DNA of 59,340 bases from Gonapodya sp. JEL0774 (Eukaryota), in the NCBI GenBank assembly GCA_027604505.1, contig JADIIX010000139.1, positions 1-59,340 on the forward strand, written 5' to 3'. Both the position numbers and the translations under genes were made by a program. Position 1 is the stretch's first letter. The number at the start of each line of letters is the position of its first letter. The notes beneath the pieces are model-generated. The model was not told the DNA's origin and ran no database searches. It saw only the letters and a list, made by a program, of their open reading frames with translations. Below are positions 11,031 to 23,862 of the stretch, piece after piece.

Positions 11031-14000
11031 TTATGCTTGAAAACCTGGATGGACAAAGCTTACGTTGATTATAGTCAATTTGACACGAACGACGTGTACC
11101 CTTACCCGTGCAATATCTCGCTGAGCTCTAAAAATGTCCACGACGGTCCCCATTCGATTTAAGTCCGCTTCGATATCTTTTTCAAAGAGCTGTTCAAGAA
11201 ATGGCATCAGGGTTGTGCCTCTTTCCAATGGTATGGGTGGCGGTCTCCGGATAAGAGTTAATGTGGTGGTTGTAGCGTTGAGTCCCTTTTCTCTCCGTGG
11301 TACGGTACCATCATTAAATTTCGATTCAGTGTTCTGCGAAAAATCAGCCGGAACTGGTATTCGGCGAGACGACTCCTCAAACATTTTGTGATCGTCCGTT
11401 TGGAAGAGAAAAATGGGGACCGACCCCAAGGTGGTGGGCTCGAAATACATGCGTGACCAGCGATGCAATAGGACACGGCGGACATCCAACCGTTCGCTGA
11501 GGTTGACTTCAAGGATCCCTGTGGATGACAATGTCAATGTGAGGGAAAACATTAAAAAGCCAAAGATGCACTGACCTCTCAATAAATCAGCAAGATCCTC
11601 ATCAATATCTGTTGGAACCTCGAATTTTCCCAAAGATATCTTCTCGTGAAGACCCATTAGGTTACCTTCTTCGGGAAACTCGAAGGGATACTTTCCTGAA
11701 ATCATGTTGTAGAGGGTCACGCCGCAAGCCCAGATATCAGCCATTTCGCCAGGAGACCTCGCCACTCCTGAGGTTATTTCTGGAGACAAGAACTGATGCG
11801 TCCCAGCGAATGTTGTGATCCACATTCCCTCAGGATCAAACATGTCAAACTGCTCGGTGATCCCAAAATCAGTAATCTTCAGAGTCCCGTCAGCAGATAC
11901 AAGGAGGTTACCAGGTTTTATATCGCGATCTAGCACAAAAAAACACATGCTTGATAAAAGCAAGCCTTTAATGTTTCGGCAAACACCATTCTCACGTATA
12001 ACACTCCGGGTGTGTAGATAAGCTACTCCCTCCATCAACTGAATGAAAAAATTGTGAGCCTCAGGTATCGGAAGTTTGTTGCCACCAACATGGTCAAGCA
12101 TGGACTGCAACGAGCAAGGGCAGTACTCGAAGACGAGGTACCATTTCTGGATTTCACCTTGCTTTTCAACAATGTCGCCTGTGCCCAGACGCCACTGAAT
12201 TGGTTCATTTTCGATATCTTCATACCAGTTGAATAGCCCTGTTACGCCTTCATCGTTTTCCATTTTGCAGAAAACGTCGATCAAACGGATAACATTTTTA
12301 TGGCGCAAGTCTCGCATGAGCTTAATTTCCCTGTTGAAGGCAAAACGATAATGAGCAACCTTACATAGTTCTTATCATGTCAATGGAAGGCTGACCTGAT
12401 AGTGTTCTCAACGCCATTTGCTACTTTCCGAAGCCTTTTTTTGTTGATTATCTTCACAGCGACACGCTGCAAAGTCTCGGTACAGATGCCTTCCTTGACT
12501 TTGCCGAAGCTACCTTTGCCAATCTTGTCTCCGAGAATATATGGTCCAATCATCTTCACGACCGTCTCTTCATTCCGCCATATGATGTCATTCGAGTCCA
12601 TCTTTTGTATGAACTGAGACGATGCAACTCGCTGATTCTGGAGCAGGTACTCGTAGTAGTCTGGGTTCGTTCGATATGCTTCCGAGTCCAAATCGGCTGC
12701 GGTTGCCGACCCAGTCGATGCGTCTGGTGCGATTGAGACTTTTCGGGATAAACTTCCAGGAGCACGCGACGCACGCCTGCCAAGTGTGGAAGGAAGTGGA
12801 ATAGAGCTAGAATTCTCACGACTGTGAATGGGAGTTTGCTGTGCGCTTTGAAGTGACATTCTTCGGAGGAGCGTCGAGGGGCGAGTTTGTGCAGGCCGGG
12901 CTGCGAGGTCAGTGGTGGAGGCTTCTCTCCCAATCTCTGAGTCCACGCGGTGATTCTTGTCGAGGCTCGCGGTGCTCGTTGTCCCGTTCATTAGGCTTGA
13001 GTTGAGAGCCCGAAACATGTTTTCCGCAGTCAGCATGTGGGCATCAGCGGTGATCGCTTCCACACCGTTCCCAGTGGTGAAAGACCCCTCAGGATTGTCA
13101 GGTACTTCTTCAAACGTAATGAGAGGCCCAGGTAATGGGCGCGAGGTCGCTGCTTCTAGAACCCCCGGGTCATCCACACCCACCACATTCCTACTGCCGC
13201 CCCCCTCCTGCATGCCTTCGTGGACAACGAACGGCGCGTGTTGCGTTTTCCCTGACCCCGAAGCAAGCACGCTTCCGGCCATGGGCAACCGCCCACTCTG
13301 CACCAAAATCTCTCTGACACTCCCGTACGACTGGCCTTTCCCTAGTGCTACCTTCTTCCCGCCTTGCATCAAGATCGTCGGCCGTTCCATCCCACCGGAT
13401 GGGATTCCTGGGACAAACGACATGCCAGGTGAGAGCACCGAAGCAGACTTCGCCAGGCCTGGAGGAATACCCGAGCCCACCACACGGCGAACTTGTGCGG
13501 CAGAGTTCAAGTCAAGACTGAATCGTTTCCCCGCTCGAGCGGCCGCTGTCATGCGGGTTCCTTCGCCTAGGGCTGAGTTCACATCATCTCCAATCGAGGG
13601 CGAGCTAGTATCCGCTTTTCCATGCTGAGAAAACGGTCTTGGGAGGGCGAAAGTGATAGAGGCAGGCATGCTCCGTCGCTTCGAGGCGATGTTCCCGACA
13701 CGGGTGAAGAGCGATGCGGATGAGGGACCAGTATCGAGGATTCCGTGCGACTGACTCTCGTTGGCACTGCGGTAGCCATGGCCGTCAACGATTGCTCCAC
13801 TAGCACCACCGCAGCCACTATGACCAGCACTGGCAGCAGGTAACGGCTCTGATTCTGGCACCGCGTCCATGACCAGACCTGAACCTCCCATCCGTGAAGT
13901 GGTTCCCCCCGGGAAAATCCCAGCCAAGCTCGCTCTTGCCGACGAGGGCCCAATCCTGCCACTTCCCACACTGCCCCGTACTCCGAGGGCCGTTCCACTG

Positions 14001-16345
14001 GCACCACCACCACCAACACCACCACCACCCAACGCGCCAATCCCCGCACTCCACGATGCACTCCCCGCACACCCGCTCGCCGCCGTTAGTGCGCCATTAC
14101 TCGCCGTACCGGACCCGAACCCGAGCGCAGGGAGGGACGTTGCGGCACCCACGGCGGTCCCCAGGCCGACACCTGCCGACGAGCGGCGAGTGGCAACAGC
14201 CATTACCGCGGCTGCAGCAGTGGCGTTCGGCAAGACCCCGACGGCGATTCCGTCGGCGGACTTGGCTGCTGATGATTCCAACGACGTTTCAGACCCGGTA
14301 ACACCTGTGCCTCTGCTTGTCCCCATCCCCGCACCAGCGCGAAGAGCCATGTTGCGTATCAAGCCTGGTTCGGCGCCGACGATGCAGAGGCCCGGAGGGT
14401 GTTTAGGTCGGCGTTTTGGGGGGTCAGTGGGGGCGGGTTGTGGAGGAGTGGTTGGCGGGTCTGCGGGTGGGAACAATGGACGTACGGTGGGCGGACAGGG
14501 CGAGGAGCTGGCGGCGGTGGAAGGGGATGGAGTGCGGAGGGACGGGGCGGTTGTGGACAGAGACGGGGATGGGTTGGTGAGAGGAACAGAGAGTTGGGTC
14601 GAAGGGGTGGCAGAGGCAGGGACGAGAGAGGAGGGAGAGGTGGTAGTTGTGACAGATGGATGGTGTGGGGGTGAGGAGGATGTAGTGGCTGTTGTGGTGG
14701 TTGCCTCTTGCAGCGTGGATTTTTCTCCACTCGAGCAGTTGACGGCGAGATCAAGGCCACCACTACCGCTCCGAAACATGTTCGCTGCCCCAGCTGACTG
14801 GGACCTGCTTCGCAGGTGCTGCTGTTGCGGGAGCGGTGGCGGAGTGAGAGAGCGATGGGGTGTAAGAAGGGCGGGCGGTGTGGTAGAGGAGTGGAGGGTG
14901 ATGGGGGTCTTGGTTTGAGTCTGACCTTGGGACTGAGACGGCGGATGGGGCGGGAATGCAGGTGTGGGGAGCAGCGTGGGGACTGCAGGGGGTGTGAAGT
15001 GCCGGTGAGCGATTGTTTGCCGTTGTTGAGGCAGAAGTGAGACCTGTGAGGGGGAAGGAGAGGCCGAAGCAGGTAGTGAAGCGTGAGGTGGGTTCTGTAA
15101 GCGCGGGTTGGGAGCAGAGTAGTGGAGGTAGCGGAGAAAGGCGTCGTTGGGGGTGAGAGAGGAAGAGTTGTTGTTCGTTGGGGAGAGTGTGGAGGAAGGG
15201 AAGACTGGATTGGCGGGGCCCTGAGGTGCACCGGCAATTGCATTGGCACTGACAGGATTTCCACTCCGAGCTGCGGGGACGCGACCTGCAACACCACCAC
15301 CGGTGCCGCCTCCAACACCGAGACCCAAACTACCGCCACTAGCACCAGCACCAGCAGCACCAGAGCCACTGCCGGGACGACCATGACTCACGGAGGCCTC
15401 GCTATTGACATGCGCGGCCGACACGCGAGCTGAGGAGCGGGCAGAAGACTCGAGAGGACCAGAGATAGTGTCGCCCTCGAGGATCTCCGGGAGGGGTTGG
15501 TGACCCTGAGAGAAGAATTGGGAGGAGGACCGGTGGGAGAGTGATGGGGTGGCGGCGGACGCGGAGAAGGATGCTGAAGCAGAGGGAGATGGAGGAGCGG
15601 AGGGATGTTGCTGGCTGAGACCGAGCCCGACAGAGGAGATTGGGACACCACGAAGTTGGGGAGACGAGTTTCCTGGGGAAAGCTGGCGAGGGGCGTATCT
15701 GTATGAGTGGACCGAAGCGTAGTGTTTGGCCGCGGCAAGATGGGGTGAGAGCTGGGAGGGGAGGGATGTGTGGAGAGTGTTGGGTGAGGAGTGCGGACTG
15801 TGGTGCGGTGCAGAGGCCGAGGCCGCAGCGAGAGTTGGGGATGCGAGAGCCACAGGCTGAGAGGCGAAGAGGGGCGTGAAGGGAGTCAAGGGATGCTGCT
15901 GCTGGTGGGAGACATGAGTGGCCCCGGCATGGTGCGGCGGAGGCAGCAGAGGGGCCGAGAGTGGTTGGTGAGGGAGGGTGCGCGGGTGTGGCGGAGTTGT
16001 GGGTGCCGATGCTGCGGCCGACGCGGGGGTATGCGAGTGGTTGTGGGCGGGTGCGGGAGTTTGGTGTGCGTGCACCCGCTGTAGCCCAGACACAGACGGC
16101 GTGGCGGAAGACGGCACAGCAGCTGCGAGTCTGGCAGAGTCCGACTGGGCCCGCGCCATCGGCCGCCGCGGTGATCTCCCTGTGATACCAGAGAGCGGGG
16201 GCACCCACAGCACCGGGGTCTCCAGGCCCATTCTGCTCTCTCCAGCCGCTCCCGACGCATCCCCTGCGGCTGCCGCCACTGATGCGCTTGCGCCGGTTGA
16301 CGCTGATGCCGCTCCCGACATTGGCCGCGCGCCCGCGTCGCTCAT
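11031..16345 (-). CDS. STK11: LKB1/STK11-like Ser/Thr kinase with a ~1240-aa low-complexity N-terminal region (3' end approximate)
   Basis: 'FIQKMDSNDIIW...KMIGPYILGDKIGKGSFGKVKEGICTETLQRVAVKIINKKRLRKVANGVEN...EIKLMRDLRHKNVIRLIDV' closely parallels the LKB1 N-lobe. Also HRDIKPGNLL, LKITDFG, FLSPEI, DIWACGVTLYN. Confidence 0.8.
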
Positions 16346-16717
16346 TTGGAAACGAACCGGTGTTCGTTCCGATAGGTCGATAACTCTTTACTGACCCGGA
16401 CCAAAGCCGTCAGCATTTTTGCACACATAACTCATCTTCTAATTGTCATGCAATTCAATGACGATGGAGATGAAGTGGTCTCGCATTATGATTATCAAAA
16501 TAATGATTTAGTTCTAGTGTATGTAGTGTACAGCTGGTTTGCTACTCAGCCGACTCGTGTTCATTCTTCTTTCCCAATTCAATGGCTCGGCTGCTCTTAT
16601 CGGAGGCGACAGACAATTGATAGAATTGGTCGAGGGGGACGTTGGGTCGAGGATCGGAATGAATCTTGTGTTTTGATTCTTTCCAAGGCCCCACACCTTT
16701 CACGGTATCGACCGGCA

Positions 16718-18303
16718 ATGGGCCCCCTGCGCATCCTTCGCAGCGAGCAGCTTCCCCACTGTCTCGACCTCCCTGCGATTCTGGCTTCCCAGGCAAACGT
16801 CTTTGTCCAGATTTCTGCCAAAACCGTCACCATGCCTCACCGCACAATCTTTCCAACCGCACACTGGGGAACGTCCTTTGTCATGCCCGCTTACATCCCC
16901 GCCTCAGACTCTACTGCGATCGCCGCGTCCGATCACTCCGCGTCCCAATCGGCATTCCCGTCCCAATCGCCAGACTCCTCCGACTCTGGCAGCCTCGGCC
17001 TCAAATTCATCGGTATGCGACCGTCAAACCGCCAACTCGGCCTCGCCGCAATCCAAGGCTGTGTCGTCGTCGCAGATGAGGCTACGGCACGGATATCAGG
17101 GCTTGTCGATGCGGCCGCCTTGACCGCCTGGCGCACCGCGGCGTGAGTTGTCGTGGCTGGAACCGAGTGTGAATGCTGATGGTGGGTGACGGTCCGGCCA
17201 CCGTATCGCCACCTGACACCACAATGGATCCAAAGGGAGCACCTGATCACCTTTGATCGTGGTGACTCATCTGACACCGACACAGGACTTCTGTCTTCCT
17301 GTAAGCGCCTCCTCTCCCGCTCAACTCACCCACCCTTCCCATCCCTCCACCCGCGCAGCGGCTCCGCCCTCGCCACCCTCCTCCTCTCCCCGCCCACCTC
17401 CTGCAACCTCCTCATCTTCGGCTCGGGCGCACAAGCCCACGCCCACGCCTTCTACATGCTTCACGTCCGCCCGACACTCCGTCGCGTCACGGTCGTGAGC
17501 CCCAACCCTGTTACTGCACCGGCACTGCTGGAGGCGCTCCTCGTGAAGTACCCTGAACTCGAGACCGCACACTTGAGGGACCCGGATGAGGAGGTGCTGG
17601 AGAGGGCCGTGAGGGATGCGGATATTATATGTACGGTGGGTTGCGTGATGGTTAGGGGTAAACGTTGGAGAGGGTGGTGGAGGGGTTGACACTTGGCCTT
17701 CACTAGTGTCGGTCTGAGCGGAAACTCCCGTTCATCTTCGAAGATCTTGCTCATCCACCTCAATCCTCTTCGTTGCACCTCCCCTCCCACCGCGGCTACG
17801 TATCACCACGCCAACCGCCCTCCTCCCCGACTCTATAGTGCACCAGCGTCTCCAACCCACTCTTCCCCGGCCATTGGCCCAAACCCTCTGCCCACATCAA
17901 TGCCGTGGGCTCCTACCAGCTGCACACACGGGAACTCGATGCGCACTGTGTGTCGCGGTGCGCACTTGTCGTTGTGGATGCCGAGGAGGATTCCAGGGTG
18001 GAGGCCGGGGATCTCGTGGGGGCGGACTGGGAGGGACATGTGGTGGAGGTGGGGTCCCTGTACACGGTGGAGCGAGATGGAGATGGTGGCGATCATGTGG
18101 GTGCAGACGGATTCACTACTACGTTTGGGGTAAGCAAGGTGGACGATGCGCGTGGGTGGCAGATGCGCAAGCGGAACGAGGCTGTAGGAAAAGATGTGAC
18201 CTTGTTCAAGAGCGTGGGTGTTGCGGCACAAGACATTGCCATTGCGGCGGCGGTGCTCAACGTTGCCAGAGTAAAGAACATAGGGACGGTGGTGGACTTT
18301 TGA
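16718..18303 (+). CDS. Ornithine cyclodeaminase / mu-crystallin (ketimine reductase) family, multi-exon
   Basis: 'FVMPAY...LGLK...LVDAAALTAWRTAA', 'GSALAT...LLIFGSGAQAHAH' (Rossmann fold), 'GSYQLHTRELD', 'VVVD...EAGDL', 'TLFKSVGVAAQDIAIA'. Confidence 0.92.
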
Positions 18304-18699
18304 AACGCGTGCCATACATAGTATTTATCAAGTGTTGCGTGATTGTCGTTTGATTTCATTGTTGACTTTCCAAGATGCGACAGTTGCCCACCACCTGACA
18401 GTCATCACTCCAGATGCAATATGGCTATGCCTCAATATCATCTTCCTCATCCTCCTCCAAAAAATCCTCATCATCATCGTCGTCGTGTTGGACGACAGCG
18501 GTGATACTCTCCTGATCTGAGGTTCATGTCAAGTTGACAAACATTCAGCGCCGTCTCCTTCACTTCATGGTCCACGAATGACGAAAACACTCACTCTCGT
18601 GAGATTTCAGAAACGGAAGCTTCACTTTAGCTCGCGCGGTGCGCTGGTGTTCCGTGAGGGTGAGGTCGAACGTGAGGTTGCTTGTGGGATCTCGGTCCT

Positions 18700-19147
18700 A
18701 TGGATTACAATGTGACGGCACGTGTCTGGTCCACTTCGCAAACGCTGACGGAGAACCGGCTCGTTCTTCACCTTGGAACCTCGGGTTTGTGTCGATTTTG
18801 GTGCTTCGACCGAGGGGTTTTGTATCCGCCGGATAGTCCGGGAAGAGTGGTCAAGATAGCACAATACGACCTGCACGAAGCAGTGAAACACCCCGACATG
18901 AGAAATCGCGCATTTCACCATGTCACGCAAAGGGTTCTCTGCAATATCATGTGCACCTCACCTCCCTCGTCAAGCCACCAGTTTTCTTTTTCACCTCAAT
19001 CTCGCAGGAGACTGGACTTCCCTCGAACCCGCCCGTCACTTCCGTAGCATCGGCTCCTCCGCCAGCACGAGTCCGCCCGACCCATATGAAAGCATCGCCC
19101 GTGTGATAGAGGGACTCCTTGGTGGAGAGGCCGCCGGTCGGCTTTAG
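18700..19147 (+). CDS. Hypothetical small spliced protein (5' end uncertain)
   Basis: Two protein-like ORF segments ('DYNVTARVWSTSQTLTENRLVLHLG...' and 'GDWTSLEPARHF...IEGLLGGEAAGRL') separated by a pyrimidine-rich intron-like stretch ending in CAG at ~19007. No recognisable domain. Confidence 0.3.
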
Positions 19148-20049
19148 TGGTGGAATGTCCATATGATGTCGCACAATGACTCGGCCGTGTGCTGAATGTT
19201 TTCGATAGATACATGAAAAATGAGGTGGTGATCCTTGGTGCGAGTGAGCGGATCATTCTACTGACCACCAAGTGATCGTTTGAGCTCCTTCAGCATTTGC
19301 AGGGAGTGCGAGAGAAGAGTGGAGCGGAGTATAACATTGAAAGAATCGATGACCACTGTGTTGTAGACATCTTCTCAAAGGAACTTTAATCAGTATAGGA
19401 AATGTCTAGGAACTTTCAGCAACGAAAATGCTTTCCCCCCGCTGTTCTCGCCCACCTGGTTTCACCAATGCCCGAATCCTGTCGAATGCCACTTCCCAGG
19501 TCCTCGAAGAGCGAGAACCTCCAGCATCGCCGTTCCAAGGCCACCGAAAGTCAAGAGTGTCAAGGCTAGGTTCCGATGAGACTTGATGGCCATCAGATGC
19601 GATCAACCGCTTTACACCGCACGCACTTTGATTCGTTCGGGAGACTGGATGGTAGATATGATTGCGCAGATTGCTCGAGAGAGCAAAGTATCACATGGCC
19701 TCTGAATCAAAAAAAGAACCCCAGAACTGAGTTGCGTCCAGAACCATCCTGTGAACAAATCTCACAGTTGCAGTGACGCGAGCAGTCCGGCAGAGACAAG
19801 GAATCCGCCACTATAGCCCACGGAGTCCAGAGCAAACGTGATACCATGGTTCTCGCGGCTGTAGAGCAGGTTCCATAATGCCGTGGACTTCATTACTCTC
19901 GCGGCCAAACCCGAAGACTGCGTAAACTACTTACTTCCACCACCAGATTCACAGCTCCACTATGTATATATAATTCCATCTAAACTTTCCTGTTTACATA
20001 TGGTAATCCTATTTGCAACTGTGCATATATCACAACGGACTGGCTATTC

Positions 20050-23000
20050 ACATGGCGAGGGCCTAAAAGGAAATATTGCAACTTCGCTTCAGCTGCCAAA
20101 TCCTATCTGCCCAACCCTTGATCACTCACGAGTTGTTGAATATTTGAGTTGGCATGAACGGAGGGGTTGATGATGCCATGTAGGATGATAAGCTTTTCGA
20201 CCTCTGCAGATGGCGAAATACAAATGAGCAGGGACAACAGAATCCAGATGCGCAACACTTACTGGAGATGAGGTGCTTCCCGTACGTATATTTTTTCAAG
20301 GACTGTAGGTGTGGTCGAATTCGCGCAACAAGCAAGTCCCGTTGGTCCCCATCTACAACATCCAACATTTTTTGAACAACGTAGTTGGCGTATTGATCCT
20401 TCATCATGGCAATGAGTGGCGAAGTTCTGTTGTCAACATCGATGACGTGTCAAATGCCTTGTGATGTATTAGTAGGCGATATCGACTCACCCATCGGATC
20501 GTGTTTGGACGACTTCGTCGATGAGTGCCTGTCGATCTCGTTTGCTTCCATACGCGACACACTTTTCCACAACGTTGCTAGCAAACTTGTGCTTGCTTAA
20601 CGCTAGAACTTGTCCCCGAACTTTACTAACGATCGTGGACTTATCCGTTGGCTTGCCGTGCTCCAGAACGTGTTGGATCACGTAATTTCCGTACTGGTCC
20701 TGGATAAGGTTGACGGTGTAGCGATGAAGCTCATCTAGCAACGGTTTCTATAGACGAGGAAGAATCCAGTTAATCGAATGCAACGATAAGCTCAGATTTT
20801 GTCAAACTGACGGCTTGCTCCTCACTGCAATGCTCAAATATGCGTTGAATGACTCGGCATCCATAAGGATGAGTCGCCAAACCGTATACCTGGTTACGAA
20901 ACGACTCAATAATGAAGGTGATGCTAGGCGGTGGAACCCTCTCAATTGCTTTCTGGATGACATGATTGCCATTCTGATCCTTGACGCATTTTAAGACGTT
21001 GCCATCAAGCTCCATTACCAACGTGGCTTGTTCCTCTGGTCCGAGATATTCCAAACCCTTTTGAACAACACGGCAGCCGTACATCTGCAGTGACAGAGCC
21101 AAGACATGTCCTTTCATCTGTTGTGCGAGGGCATTCTTTTGTATTGTATTTCCTGGATGCAATGGTGAGTGAACGGCTTGTTTGATTGTTATAAGACAAT
21201 GCCCGACTCGTGCTTTGCCCACCATGTTCGAAAAATTTCTGGATTACGTAGTTCCCAAAGACATCTGTCATCAGCTGCAAGGAGTGCGGATACAGTTCCT
21301 CAAACACCTCCTGCTTTTCCTCCCCAGGCGCCAGTTCTAGTTTCTGTTGGATAAACCGGGAACCGTGTTGATCGCCGCTGAATTCTACGATATGGCCGAT
21401 GATATCCTGAAATGTAAAATATCAAAACATAGCTCTACTTGCTCTGTGCAAAACATTCGGAGTACGTACACGCAGCTCGTACTTTTTACCTTTGTTTCCA
21501 CGGAACTCTTCCAATAGGGCACTTCGCCCACCGTGTCCATTCTCATCCTGCCGGTCGCGCCGGCCCCCATTCGATACCGGTGCTCCATATCCGTTTAGTG
21601 CCTGTGCTTGGTAGTCAGAAGATCTGTTGCGAGGGAACTGTCTATCCCGATCTTGGTCTTCGAAATCAATCAAACTCCGCCGATGCGGGTCACGGGGACT
21701 CATCCCGTTGTGCCCTTGATGACCCGCATAAGCTTGAGGGGTCCGGCCACGACGCTCTCCGGAGGACATCTGCTCGCGAGGCCTAACTGAGGTGAAGCCA
21801 GTTGGGCTGTAGCCACCATAAATCCCACCGTATCCGTTGCCCTGGGGTGGGCCCATGGGCGGTGAGGGGTAGCCGAAGTTATGCGGAACCGACATTCTTC
21901 GTGTCATATCCGGCTCGGGTGAAAGAAATTGAGGGGAGTATGCAGGCATTCGGCCGCCATCCCCTCCCTGCGGAAATAATCCGACCTGTGACAGACCAAG
22001 AGTACCTGGTCCCATTCTTTCGTACGGCTGCGGCACATGGTGGTCATGGTATCCCGGAGAACGAGAGCCATCTCGAAGGCGCCACTGGCCGTACATAGCA
22101 GGAGACGGCCTTGGCGAGTACTGCTGATTTTGAGAGCGTACTATGGATTTTTGAAGTTATTCTCGTGCCTCAAGACATACCCACAAGATCACTCACTATT
22201 GTGATTGGGGTCGGGATATCCCGGAGAATAAGGGCTGCCCAACCCGGGACGAATCGGACTCCGCATTTCATACACCTCCTTATTAGGTGAGAAGACGTGT
22301 GGGTGTCCGTAAAACACTGAACCACTTCCACAAACACACGTACCCCTTGCAACGAAAGGTTTCGCATCCCAATCATGACCTCCGGGGCCAGCGACTGATC
22401 AACGTACTCTGGTGGGGTCTGGTTTGAGCGCATTGGAGTGTAAGGACCCATATTTGGGGGGGTTGAGGAAGAACGAGGCTGCCCTCCAGATATCAAGCCC
22501 ATGTCATCTTTGCTGTCGAGGGCTTGAGCAACCACCGCAGCAACTCTGCTCCGCTCATCCTCCTCATTGTCCATTTCTCGAAGTTGCTCACGAATTTGTT
22601 CTTTCATCATTTCTCGAACTTCAACCATGCCATCACCGTCAAGCATTCCTGGTGTCAACTGACGTCGATGTGGTGGCGGGTGCAGATGGGAAAACGCCGG
22701 GGATGGAGTCCGAGGGAAGTCCTGAGGAACCGAAGAGATGTGCACCAACTTAGGCTCAGTAATATTCAAATGCGTCATTTGAATTACTCGCTGACCTCTT
22801 GAATCAAGTCTACCAGATTCTTTCTCTTCCCTGGAGATTGCGGATCGAAACGATCCCCAAGAAGTTCATGAGTCCAAGGTCCGGTGCGAGATTCCGGGGA
22901 AAAACGACCGTCGATTTCAAGCTCCTGAGACAAGGCAGTTCGAGATATGGAGAGCAACGTGGGAATCAAAATCTGTGTGGCGCTCACTCGAAGATGTGTT

Positions 23001-23582
23001 CGGGGATCCTCCGCGCTTCCTGGCTCCAGTCCCCGCGCCCGTTCCTGATTGCGTAGCTCCGCACCATGCGAAACGGATCTAGGAACTTTCCCATTACTCC
23101 AGACTTGCCACGACTGACCGGGGGCGTATAACGGAGGTGGCAACCGAGGATCCAATCTTGCGTGTTGATGGTAGTATGCCGCGTATTCGGGGTCGAAAGT
23201 TATGGGATCTCCGTGCTCTTCCTCAACCTAGAAGCAAAACGGTAACACAATTGGACAACATGGAAGGGCCTTAATTGTTTCTCACGTTCAGTCGGTTGAG
23301 AAGTGTAAGTTGAGTCGGAGGTGCACTGCTCGACCGGCTAATGTCTTTAGCTGGTATTAAAGTACTCGAATGATCACCCCATTCCGTTCGACCGTCCAGA
23401 ATCGCAGCAATCTAGTTGGTTGTGTTTGGTTCGTGGTGAAAAGATTGCGAAGGTACACAGTGGGCGAAGCCCAGACCCGAGGAATGGAAAAGGCGACGAT
23501 CAGAAGAGTGAGACCCCACCTGATTCGCTTGCTTGGCCTTCGGCTGCAAAACAGATGCGAAGGAATCGCTCCCGTCCGTCAT
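20050..23582 (-). CDS. Pumilio-family (PUF) RNA-binding protein with 8 classical repeats, multi-exon (ends approximate)
   Basis: 'RSALLEEFR' followed by repeats '[13 protein letters not shown]', '[13 protein letters not shown]', '[13 protein letters not shown]', '[13 protein letters not shown]', '[13 protein letters not shown]', '[13 protein letters not shown]', '[11 protein letters not shown]', '[12 protein letters not shown]', then '[10 protein letters not shown]'. Confidence 0.95.
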
Positions 23583-23862
23583 CGGGCCAAATTGGGGTGT
23601 GGTTTGAGAGGAGCTCAAAGAACCGCAAGGGGCATCCCTGCCCAGTCTGGCGAAGAAAAGAGAAGACGACACTACAAGAGGAACCCAAGTCTTCGAGTGT
23701 CCACCGAGTGAAGATTGATGCAGGAAAACAGGAAAGATGGATTTGTCGGATTCTCAATCTTTGCGGAGAGCCAGTCTGGAAGCTCCGCCACACAGAACGT
23801 GCGAAACAGTTTTATTGCAAAACAACTTTACTACTCCGTACATATCCGGTGTGAGCTCTCTG

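Noticed and set aside
12900..16400. Many long overlapping ORFs on both strands
   Set aside because: Shadow ORFs of the GC-rich low-complexity kinase exon, with no independent domain signal.
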